Shown in pieces: positions 18,038 through 26,468 of a stretch of DNA of 37,149 bases. The stretch is from a virus (lineage: Duplodnaviria; Caudoviricetes), in IMG/VR virus record IMGVR_UViG_3300025673_000107, positions 1 to 37,149 of that record. One strand, 5' to 3'. The translations under genes were made by a program, and so were the position numbers. A model generated the notes under the pieces. It made no database searches. It had not been told where the DNA came from and worked only from the letters and a program-made list of their open reading frames with translations. How positions within the stretch are numbered: position 1 is the stretch's first letter; the number at the start of each line of letters is the position of its first letter.

Positions 18038-18285
18038 TATGAATGCTCTCCTGAATCTGAAATATGATCCCCAACATAAGAAGACCAGTTGCTATTAATA
18101 TCAATGCCCGGATTTGGTTCAACGTATCCAGTATTACAATATTCAAAGAGTTCTTTTTCACCTGCAGATAATACTACATCGAAGGTGAATATTTGGGCTC
18201 TTATTAGATTATGAGCCGTAATGTCATTAGGGGTATTAAGTTTAGTAGCTCTAAGTGTCTCGAATAGTTCAATTTTAGATGCCAT
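18037..18285 (-). CDS. Hypothetical protein, probably virion structural
   Basis: 82 aa between PAAR and the tail fibre, with TAATG coupling downstream. Confidence 0.6.
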   Translation of the reverse strand: MASKIELFETLRATKLNTPNDITAHNLIRAQIFTFDVVLSAGEKELFEYCNTGYVEPNPGIDINSNWSSYVGDHISDSGEHS

Positions 18286-18287
18286 GA

Positions 18288-18587
18288 TTAAGCCTCATTT
18301 GCAAATACATTGGGCGAACCAGTAGCTGCTGCATTGGGTGGCCATGAAGCATGACCGGAGGTTGAATCGTTTTTTCTATGAACTGCAATGCCATTAATAA
18401 AAACATTGGGGGACCCAGCGGTTGCTTTATCAGAGCATTCGGTTTCGTCACCTATTCTTACAGTTTTTTTGGCATTAGTAAAGACATCAGGACTTCCCGT
18501 TTTATACGGAGTCGCGTGAAATGGATTGGGGGTAGGTGATGCATGCCCAATATGTTTATCGAGTTGAATTCGTACTATAGCTGCCAT
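18288..18587 (-). CDS. PAAR-domain baseplate spike tip (T4 gp5.4-like)
   Basis: DKHIGH, three repeats TGSPDVFTN / AGSPNVFING / TGSPNVFAN, VRIGD..C, HRKND...H. Confidence 0.92.
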   Translation of the reverse strand: MAAIVRIQLDKHIGHASPTPNPFHATPYKTGSPDVFTNAKKTVRIGDETECSDKATAGSPNVFINGIAVHRKNDSTSGHASWPPNAAATGSPNVFANEA

Positions 18588-18592
18588 AATAT

Positions 18593-18600
18593 TATTTATA
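18593..18600 (-). promoter_or_regulatory. T4-type late promoter TATAAATA
   Basis: Plus strand TATTTATA at 18593-18600, directly upstream of the PAAR gene. Confidence 0.75.
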
Positions 18601-18626
18601 ACAACTATAGTATGAAATAAAAACTA

Positions 18627-20396
18627 TTAGTTCTTAATATGAATTAATTTTTTATATTCAGGCATATATAGATATTCAATATCAGATTCAACTAATGTTT
18701 TAATAGCATCCTCTAAGGTTTCTACTAGCGGTTCACCCGCTAAATTAAAAGAAGTATTAAAGAGTACTGGTATACCAGTTTCTTTATAATACTCATTAAT
18801 TAATTCATAAAAATGATTGTTTTGTTCTTTAGATACAGTTTGAATTCTGCAAGTACCATCGACATGAATAATACTCGGGATTTTCTCGCCCATACCTTCT
18901 TGACAATTTACAGCATACATCATATGAGGAGATTCTTCCATACCCCTCAAATCAAACCATTCATGAGCATGCTCTTTTAAAACTGAACCAGCAAATGGTC
19001 TAAAATATTCTCGGTGTTTAACAGAATTAACAAAATCTTTACCATCTTCGAATGTAGGATCAAATAGAATTGAACGATTACCTAATGCTCTTGGACCATT
19101 CTCACTTCTGCCCTGAAATATTGATACAATATTTTTATCTCTTAATAATTTAACAATATCTTTAGTATTAGTATCTGTCAATTCGATATTATCAGATTCA
19201 CAAATAGTAGAAATTGTATTAGTATAATCATATATAGGACCTAGATATAGTCCGTTATTATCACTATCAACACTAAACATATCGGTTATTATAGCATGAT
19301 GATATAGAGCAGCACCCATTGCTGTTCCTGCATCATTTGATATCGGTTCAACATAGATATTAATTCCCTCTTTCTTTGCTTCTTCCAGATAATAATAATT
19401 GGCAACACAATTTAAACCGTATCCACCAGAAATAACTATATTATTTTGTCCAGACATTTCTACTGCTTTTCTTATTAAGCTAAATACTTCCTTTTGGGTT
19501 TCTTCTTGTAGAGCATATGCTAGATCCCTTCTATTTTCTAATAATGATAATTCAACATCCTCCTGCTCATAATCCAAATATTCATATAGGCTACTATTAA
19601 CAATTGCTGAAGCAGGATACATAGGGGTAATAAGATTTCTAGAAACCAATGGATTCGTGGATGTTCTATCAAAAATTTCTGGAATCTTATCGTTCGGTTT
19701 TCCATATGAAGATAACCCCATAGTTTTTCCAGCTTCAATACCTTGGAATCCACAATATTCTGTTACAGCTTCATATGCTTTAACTATTCCGGGTCTTTCT
19801 GTTGCTATGTATTCTGTTGAGTCATTAATGAATGCTCCACTGATGATATTTCCCCTAAACCCAATATGTTTATATAATGTACTAAAATTGTTAGGATAAC
19901 TACAATTTAAAATAGATTCAACTTCCCATCCAAATTCTTCTTGTCCATTTATAGTTAATGGTTTTATAGATCCTGCACCATCTACTATTAATGCGGCCGC
20001 AGATGAAAACCCTGATCTATAAAAAGCAGTTGCTGCATGTAGTTTATGGTGAATATTACCATAATCAATAACTTGAGGATGTTGTCCCGGTACTAAATGT
20101 TTATATGTTTTAATTAACCCTAGTTTCCTTGCAAGACCTTCATAAACATTATCACCAATAAATTCTATTTGTGGACCATTACTAACTGGGTCTGTACCAG
20201 ATATAGCAATATAATCTAAAGTATCTGTATATTCTAATACTTTAGACATTGTTGCAAATGGTGAACCATCATATTTTAATCTAGAAAGTCTTTCCTCTTC
20301 AAGAGAGAAAATAATCTTACCATCCTTCAATAAACACACACCCGCATTGTGCCCTCTAGTAATACCCAATATCCATAATGATTTCTTTTTCATCAA
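18627..20396 (-). CDS. Carbamoyltransferase (NodU/CmcH/TobZ family)
   Basis: GHNAG, EEERLSRLK, HHKLHA, IVDGAG, EAGKTMGLSSYG, GGYGLNC, NDAGTAMG, GPRALGNRS, REYFRPFA, HVDGTCRIQTV, NTSFN. Confidence 0.93.
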   Translation of the reverse strand: MMKKKSLWILGITRGHNAGVCLLKDGKIIFSLEEERLSRLKYDGSPFATMSKVLEYTDTLDYIAISGTDPVSNGPQIEFIGDNVYEGLARKLGLIKTYKHLVPGQHPQVIDYGNIHHKLHAATAFYRSGFSSAAALIVDGAGSIKPLTINGQEEFGWEVESILNCSYPNNFSTLYKHIGFRGNIISGAFINDSTEYIATERPGIVKAYEAVTEYCGFQGIEAGKTMGLSSYGKPNDKIPEIFDRTSTNPLVSRNLITPMYPASAIVNSSLYEYLDYEQEDVELSLLENRRDLAYALQEETQKEVFSLIRKAVEMSGQNNIVISGGYGLNCVANYYYLEEAKKEGINIYVEPISNDAGTAMGAALYHHAIITDMFSVDSDNNGLYLGPIYDYTNTISTICESDNIELTDTNTKDIVKLLRDKNIVSIFQGRSENGPRALGNRSILFDPTFEDGKDFVNSVKHREYFRPFAGSVLKEHAHEWFDLRGMEESPHMMYAVNCQEGMGEKIPSIIHVDGTCRIQTVSKEQNNHFYELINEYYKETGIPVLFNTSFNLAGEPLVETLEDAIKTLVESDIEYLYMPEYKKLIHIKN

Positions 20397-21343
20397 CCCA
20401 CCTGTTTATTAATAGTTTTTGTAATGTTACTAATATGTATATCCGTTAAATTTAATAGATTTTCATTTAACCTTTCGGATACTTCATCCAAACAAAGTCT
20501 GATTGGGGCGTAAAGCTTATTACCTTCATTAAAGTCGAAAATATTAAAATCTTTATTATTCGGATATGTTACATTTTCTTTGAATGTTGATCCTAATATC
20601 ACTATAGCCTTTTTATTAAAAGCATTTGCTGCATGTTGTCCTACAGAATCACATCCTATGAATAAATCACAATTATTAATTAAAGAAAGCCATTGTCTCA
20701 AAGATAGGTTTGGAACTTGTGCTGTGTCCTTACATTCTTCAATATTAGATAAATCTATATTGAATTCTGACATAATGAGAACAGAGCATTTGCTGGAAAT
20801 ACCTTTTATAATTTCAGTTAGATTGCTAACACTTAGCGATCTAGACATAGGATCATTATAAGTACCACAACCAACCTCTGAGTTGGTCCTACCAAATGGT
20901 TGGATAATAACTAATTTAGATTTAGATGCATCATTTTTCATTGAAGAGATGAGCTCATTTGCACCAAACATTTCTTCGTGGTTTAGGTATATATTAGGTT
21001 TATGTATGGGTCTAATACCCATATTATTAATTGCTATATCAAAAGCTCCTATAATATCGGTTTTTTGGTTATAGTACTCATATATAGCATAAGGTTCGGG
21101 GATGATATAATCACGCTCTTTAAGTTTATCTCTAAATAAATTCTTTGACTTGAAATCATAAACTTTGTCATATAAAGTAGGATGTCCTATAAACATCTCC
21201 GGATTTTCAGTGATAATGATAAAATCATCTTGCGGATTACTTTTTTGATATAGTTCTAATGCAGGAATAGCACACATAACTCTACCCGCACCACCATTTA
21301 TCTGAAATGCTGTGGATCTTGATCTTTTAATTGTTTCTCTCAT
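20393..21343 (-). CDS. GT9/heptosyltransferase-like glycosyltransferase
   Basis: GGAGRVMCAIPAL, IIQPFG, LRQWLSLINNCDLFIGCDSVGQHAANAF..AIVILGST. Confidence 0.8.
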   Translation of the reverse strand: MRETIKRSRSTAFQINGGAGRVMCAIPALELYQKSNPQDDFIIITENPEMFIGHPTLYDKVYDFKSKNLFRDKLKERDYIIPEPYAIYEYYNQKTDIIGAFDIAINNMGIRPIHKPNIYLNHEEMFGANELISSMKNDASKSKLVIIQPFGRTNSEVGCGTYNDPMSRSLSVSNLTEIIKGISSKCSVLIMSEFNIDLSNIEECKDTAQVPNLSLRQWLSLINNCDLFIGCDSVGQHAANAFNKKAIVILGSTFKENVTYPNNKDFNIFDFNEGNKLYAPIRLCLDEVSERLNENLLNLTDIHISNITKTINKQVG

Positions 21344-21951
21344 AATTTTAACTCAGTTAAGTTTATTTGGCTTCCAAGTGTACCAGAAATAAAAACGTTA
21401 AATGATAGACTAATTCTAGTACTATCAAATTGATTTTCATCGACGGAATGTGTTGTTGATGATGGAAATAGTACTATAGTATTATCTTCTACGGGTAAAT
21501 TCCATGACTGTGAATTCCATAGATTGAACTCGGTGGGTTCACCAATATCGAGAATACCCCCAGACAAATGATGATTAGGAGCATGAAATCTTATACAAGA
21601 TTCTACAGCTTTTATATAATACACACCACTGAATATAGAATTATTATGATGATGTGAATGATGCCCTACACCTTTCTTATTTGTATTAATCCAAGACTGT
21701 GTTATATAGAAATTCTGTGTCGTTAAACATAAGATATCCTTAGAATATTCTTTTATAGCATCTTCTATTCGTTCTTTTAAAACGTTAAATTCTGGTAAAT
21801 CTAAGATATAGTTATTTGTTGATGTTAAATTACCATGATTATTTAACATAAAATCTTGGGATAGTGCCAATTCACTAAAATCATCATTTGTATCTTTATA
21901 CCTATCTATTGTATAGATTGGAACTGAAAATAAAGGTAAAACTTCATTCAT
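21340..21951 (-). CDS. 2OG-Fe(II) oxygenase superfamily protein (TIGR02466-like)
   Basis: LFSVPI, QSWIN, HHHNNSIFSGVYY, LFPS..HSV, RISLSFN. Confidence 0.88.
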   Translation of the reverse strand: MNEVLPLFSVPIYTIDRYKDTNDDFSELALSQDFMLNNHGNLTSTNNYILDLPEFNVLKERIEDAIKEYSKDILCLTTQNFYITQSWINTNKKGVGHHSHHHNNSIFSGVYYIKAVESCIRFHAPNHHLSGGILDIGEPTEFNLWNSQSWNLPVEDNTIVLFPSSTTHSVDENQFDSTRISLSFNVFISGTLGSQINLTELKL

Positions 21952-21966
21952 ATTATATAATTTCCT

Positions 21967-23523
21967 TTAATTGTAAATATTTTGTTTAAGATACTGACTT
22001 AATAATGGAGAATTACTAGCAGCCCTATTCCACTTTTCAATTAGTAGTTTTCTTGATTGAATAAACTCCTTGTTCATTTTTAAGATATCCAATTTTTCTT
22101 TGTTGGCCAATTCAACTATATCACCTTTATCCATCATTAAATAATCCATACCGATAGAAATACATTGTATTCCATCTTGACCTTCGTGCCGGTTGATTCT
22201 ATATTTTTTGTACCGAAGATTATATAATCCTTTGTTATCTTTATTCATGGATTTAGATGTGACAGATTTCCAATATTCAGTATCATCTCTTATACTGAGT
22301 TTATAGTGGAGAGCTACAAAATCGAAAAATCCATCAAAGAAGTCTTTAGTAGCCATATTATAACAATCTTTATCGAGTTGAGTTATTTTAGGTCTGTCAA
22401 TAGATTTCATTAACATTAATAAGAATTCGTGTACAGATAATAATCCATTACTCTCTAATGGTTCTATAAATCCGGCGGATAAGCCTATAGCAACCACATT
22501 CTTAACCCATGTTCTATTATGTATACCTATTCTCATATGTATATCTTTAAATACTAATTCGGGATTATCCCCTCTGGAAGAATCGGGAATTGTCATTTTA
22601 TTTGAATTTAGATGCGCTTTAAATTCCTCTAAAGCTTTTTCTGGTGTGACAAAGTTATCAGAATACACATAACCAGTACCTATTCTATTCCATAGAGGTA
22701 TATTCCATACCCAACCATTTTCAATGGCAGTACAATTTGTATATGATTCAAGTTCTTTATCTTTGTCTGTGTAGGGGATTTGGGTTGCCCAAGCCCTATT
22801 ATTCGGTAACATATCCGAATAAGAGTCAAAAGGTTCTTTTAAAGTTTCTTTTAAAAGTAAGCTTTTAAATCCTGTACAATCAATAAAAAGATCTGCTGTA
22901 ATTTCTGTACCATTCGATAATAGTAATTTCTCAATACCATCTTCATTAGTTTCGATAGTCTCTACAGTTTCTTGTATAACATTAACACCTCGTGGAATAC
23001 AATACTTCTCTTTTAACCAAGAACCAAATAATCCAGAATCAAAATGATAAGCAACATCTCTTGAAAAATCAAAACCATCAAACTCTCCAGATTTATTTGT
23101 ACTAATTTTATTATTTTCAATTAAAGGCATTGCTGGAAAATATGTCCGACAATAATCCTCGATCTCTGTTTCTGGGTTTAGGACTTTTTTGATTTGCCAT
23201 TCAGTCCCCGAATCATCATGTTGATGTGGTTGACCAAATGGATAGTGGAATGATCCGCGATCCTTTTCATAAAAATCTGTAAATTTAATACTCAATTTAT
23301 ATGAAGCATTAGTATACTTCATAAAATCTTGTTCATCTATCTCTAGTATAGATGTCCATTTTCTGATAAATCCGAGTGTACTCTCACCAACACTGACGGT
23401 TGGATGATCCTTACTCTCTATTACGGTTATTTCCTTATTAGGGAAATATTTTATAAAAGTCGCAGCTGACATCCATCCAGCAGAACCACCACCAACAATA
23501 ACAACAGAATTAATTTTTCCCAT
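21967..23523 (-). CDS. Flavin-dependent (tryptophan halogenase family) halogenase
   Basis: IVGGGSAGW, VGEST, catalytic Lys in ASYKLSIKF, AYHFD, ADLFIDCTGF, WVWNIP (WxWxIP), FIEPLESNG. Confidence 0.92.
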   Translation of the reverse strand: MGKINSVVIVGGGSAGWMSAATFIKYFPNKEITVIESKDHPTVSVGESTLGFIRKWTSILEIDEQDFMKYTNASYKLSIKFTDFYEKDRGSFHYPFGQPHQHDDSGTEWQIKKVLNPETEIEDYCRTYFPAMPLIENNKISTNKSGEFDGFDFSRDVAYHFDSGLFGSWLKEKYCIPRGVNVIQETVETIETNEDGIEKLLLSNGTEITADLFIDCTGFKSLLLKETLKEPFDSYSDMLPNNRAWATQIPYTDKDKELESYTNCTAIENGWVWNIPLWNRIGTGYVYSDNFVTPEKALEEFKAHLNSNKMTIPDSSRGDNPELVFKDIHMRIGIHNRTWVKNVVAIGLSAGFIEPLESNGLLSVHEFLLMLMKSIDRPKITQLDKDCYNMATKDFFDGFFDFVALHYKLSIRDDTEYWKSVTSKSMNKDNKGLYNLRYKKYRINRHEGQDGIQCISIGMDYLMMDKGDIVELANKEKLDILKMNKEFIQSRKLLIEKWNRAASNSPLLSQYLKQNIYN

Positions 23524-23551
23524 TTTATATTCACCTTATATTAAAAAGATT

Positions 23552-23578
23552 AATACCCCATATAATATATGGGGTATT
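23552..23578 (-). terminator. Probable intrinsic terminator between the tail-fibre genes and the halogenase cassette
   Basis: 12-bp inverted repeat AATACCCCATAT / ATATGGGGTATT followed on the minus strand by AATCTTTTT. Confidence 0.6.
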
Positions 23579-23611
23579 GTTTCATACTATTATATAGAAA
23601 GTTTACATCTA

Positions 23612-24100
23612 TTATTCCGGAGCAGGTGCCTCCGGAGTTCCTGGCACAACAGGCCAGGCAATATCATCGGATGATTTAACAAGATTGAAATCTGTTACAT
23701 TTGGAACATCTCTCAGGGCTTGTCGATAAATTTTCCAAGATTCTTTATCCGCGGCACTTAATGGAGAATCCGGGGATTGAGTCCAATCACATAAATACAG
23801 TAAATTGTGTCGTTTTCCTTCAACCCACCGATTTCTTTTCTCGGCATTATCAATTTCTTCTTCATTCCAAAGTTGTTCAATTGATCCATCGGCATTTTTA
23901 ACTATACTACCACGGGTAATATCAGCTAAGCCGTGACCATTAATGGCGTGAGAATTCTCACCATTAACAAGCACAGCGAACCCTTTTTCTAATGCCTCTT
24001 GTTCTGTAAAATCGAAAGTGTTTCCCATAATATGATACATATTATTATCATCTATAGGAAAATCTACTGGATCACCATTTTTATCTATTGTTATATACAT
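23612..24100 (-). CDS. Tail fibre assembly/chaperone protein
   Basis: C-terminal RHNLLYLCDWTQSPDSPL...WKIYRQALRDVP...WP motif. Confidence 0.82.
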   Translation of the reverse strand: MYITIDKNGDPVDFPIDDNNMYHIMGNTFDFTEQEALEKGFAVLVNGENSHAINGHGLADITRGSIVKNADGSIEQLWNEEEIDNAEKRNRWVEGKRHNLLYLCDWTQSPDSPLSAADKESWKIYRQALRDVPNVTDFNLVKSSDDIAWPVVPGTPEAPAPE

Positions 24101-24120
24101 TTTAATATTATCCTATATTA

Positions 24121-26430
24121 TTATAAGTTTCCTGCATTATGGGGGTAACTTCTATTACCACCCCACATAATTCTAACAGCGCCTGGACCACCCCAACCAC
24201 CACCATGACTTGTGCCGCCACCGCCACCGCCACCGCCATAGCATCCACCGCAAGCGAACCCATTACCCTGACCATTAGACCAAGGTTCACCTGGTTTACC
24301 ACACTGACCGCCAGATCCGCCTTGACCACCTGAACCGCTTGAATGACTATAACCAGCATTACCACAAGCACCAGGTGAACCTTGTCCACACATACCAGTA
24401 CCACCACCACCACCTGTTCCATAGGTTGATGATGCATAACTCGTAGCAGAACCACCACCACCAGAACAACCGGAATACCCAGATGTTGCAGTGTTACAAC
24501 ATCCATTACAATATCCGGCGGCACCACCACCACCACCGGCAGTGGATGGATAAGCTACCATACCGTAACCACCACATTTAGTTCCTATAGCGGTGCTGCT
24601 CATTGTGAATCGACCCGACTGGCAACCACAACATCCACCACATGCTATCATTCCCGGAAAGCAAGAGAAGCCACCGGTATGGCCATTCCAACAACCGCCG
24701 TTCCCGTAGACGATAGTCATATTATTCCCTGGAGTCACGGGAATCTTATTTGCCCAAGTTGAACCAGCACCAGCACCACCACAGCTAGCCCACTGATAAC
24801 AACCGCCTCCGCCTCCGCCCATGACGAATACGTCTACCTCAGTAATTCCTGGGGGAACAGTCCAAGTAGTGGTTTGTTGTGTACAACTTGCGTTTCCATA
24901 AGAACCTTGGTACATTTGCTGGCCAGGCGGTATAATTACATTGATGGTCCAAGTATATTCGTAAAAAGATATATATCCATTACATTCCGCTTTTACTGTA
25001 AATGTATAAACATAAGTTCCAATTTCCTCTCTAATGTAACCTGTTATCTTACCCTCATCACTCATAGTCATTTTATTGGGCAGTGATCCCTCACTTATTG
25101 TGTGAGTAACCAGGTTGCCGGATGATGTAGATGTTACCGCAAAACTTTGTTCATTAATAGAGGAGTCTGGAGAATCAGTGATTGATGAAGGTGTGCTTCC
25201 ACTAAAGATTGGAACATCAGCATGACTTGTTATAACAACATCAAGTGACGTATTAGCATTACCGCCGTCACTCACATTAACAGTATATGAAACATCACTT
25301 GCACTTAGAGAAGAAGATGCTGTTACCATACCAGAACTATCTATTGATAGTTGAGCAGGTGCAGCACTTAAACTCCATTGTTTGTTAGCATATGCTTCAT
25401 CTTCAATATTAAGAGTATACTGAGTTGGTAGGAAATTATAATTTCCAGAAGATATATATACCTGTCTTAATCCTTTAATCGTTACTAATTTACCCCAATA
25501 CGCTATAGACCCATTAGTACGCAAGTAGTATCCCTCATTTGAGGTTTGATCTGGGAGTGCATCAACGTCAACCCAAGAAGTAGATGTACCATCTGTACCT
25601 AATACTTTACCTGATTGTCCTGTCTGATCAGCAATATCACCCCCGCTAGCATATAACACCCATCCGGCATTACCTGCTGCTTCTGGTTGTGTACCTGTAT
25701 GGTCAGAAATTGCAATAAAGGCAGAACCATTTAAGGTTACAACATCGTTAGTTTGATATGCTGTAGATGTATTCCATGCACCTTCGAAATTAAACCCACC
25801 TGCAAATACCCCCCAATCTGTCTGTCCTGTTGCGGTTGGTTGTGTACCAGAATGAACGGTTAACGATATATATGTAGATCCATTGAAGGTTACAATATCA
25901 TTTAAATGATATGATGTAGATGTATCCCATACACCTTCAAATTGAAATCCACCTGCAAATACAGCCCATGAAGCGTTGCCACCAATTATTGGTTGAACTC
26001 CCGTATGATCTACGAGTGCTATGTAAGTAGAACCCGAAAAAGTTGCTATATCATTAGTCTGATATGCCGTTGATACATCCCATGCACCTTCAAATTTAAA
26101 CCCTTCTACAATTATACCCCAACTTGTTTGTCCTGTTGCGGTTGGTTGTGTACCAGTATGGGCTACAATTGCGATGTATGTAGAACCATTAAAGGTTACT
26201 ATCTGATCGACTTTATAGGTTACCGAGGTATCCCATGCACCTACAAATTCTATACCAGCTGCGGATTTTATCCAAAAAGCGGTGTCTGTCGGGTCATTAC
26301 CCGATGCCGCAACAGCAATACAAGTATAGGCTGATCCGGCATACAATACCACATCATCCACTTCGTAGGCATTTGCTGCCCATTCTCCTTTGAATACTGT
26401 GCGTATCCTACCTAAATTTACTCTAGCCAT
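24121..26430 (-). CDS. Virion fibre protein: about five Trp/Tyr carbohydrate-binding-like repeats, Ig-like domains, Gly/Cys-rich C-terminal domain
   Basis: MARVNLGRIR..FKGEW; about 51-aa repeats F.GAWD.S..Y...D.VTFNGSTYI; LPNKMTMSDEGKITG (Ig-like); WTVPPGITEV...GGGGG...GAVRIMW. Confidence 0.78.
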   Translation of the reverse strand: MARVNLGRIRTVFKGEWAANAYEVDDVVLYAGSAYTCIAVAASGNDPTDTAFWIKSAAGIEFVGAWDTSVTYKVDQIVTFNGSTYIAIVAHTGTQPTATGQTSWGIIVEGFKFEGAWDVSTAYQTNDIATFSGSTYIALVDHTGVQPIIGGNASWAVFAGGFQFEGVWDTSTSYHLNDIVTFNGSTYISLTVHSGTQPTATGQTDWGVFAGGFNFEGAWNTSTAYQTNDVVTLNGSAFIAISDHTGTQPEAAGNAGWVLYASGGDIADQTGQSGKVLGTDGTSTSWVDVDALPDQTSNEGYYLRTNGSIAYWGKLVTIKGLRQVYISSGNYNFLPTQYTLNIEDEAYANKQWSLSAAPAQLSIDSSGMVTASSSLSASDVSYTVNVSDGGNANTSLDVVITSHADVPIFSGSTPSSITDSPDSSINEQSFAVTSTSSGNLVTHTISEGSLPNKMTMSDEGKITGYIREEIGTYVYTFTVKAECNGYISFYEYTWTINVIIPPGQQMYQGSYGNASCTQQTTTWTVPPGITEVDVFVMGGGGGGCYQWASCGGAGAGSTWANKIPVTPGNNMTIVYGNGGCWNGHTGGFSCFPGMIACGGCCGCQSGRFTMSSTAIGTKCGGYGMVAYPSTAGGGGGAAGYCNGCCNTATSGYSGCSGGGGSATSYASSTYGTGGGGGTGMCGQGSPGACGNAGYSHSSGSGGQGGSGGQCGKPGEPWSNGQGNGFACGGCYGGGGGGGGTSHGGGWGGPGAVRIMWGGNRSYPHNAGNL

Positions 26431-26468
26431 TTTATATTATCTCCTAATATTGCTGTTGTATATTTTAA

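Noticed and set aside
18288-18587. Type VI secretion or eCIS locus suggested by PAAR plus lipase and protease
   Set aside because: The context is a phage tail region with T4 late promoters, and no T6SS membrane or baseplate genes are present.
23589-23606. Early promoter for the halogenase cassette
   Set aside because: The GTTTAC and TATAAT elements lie on opposite strands with the wrong spacing.
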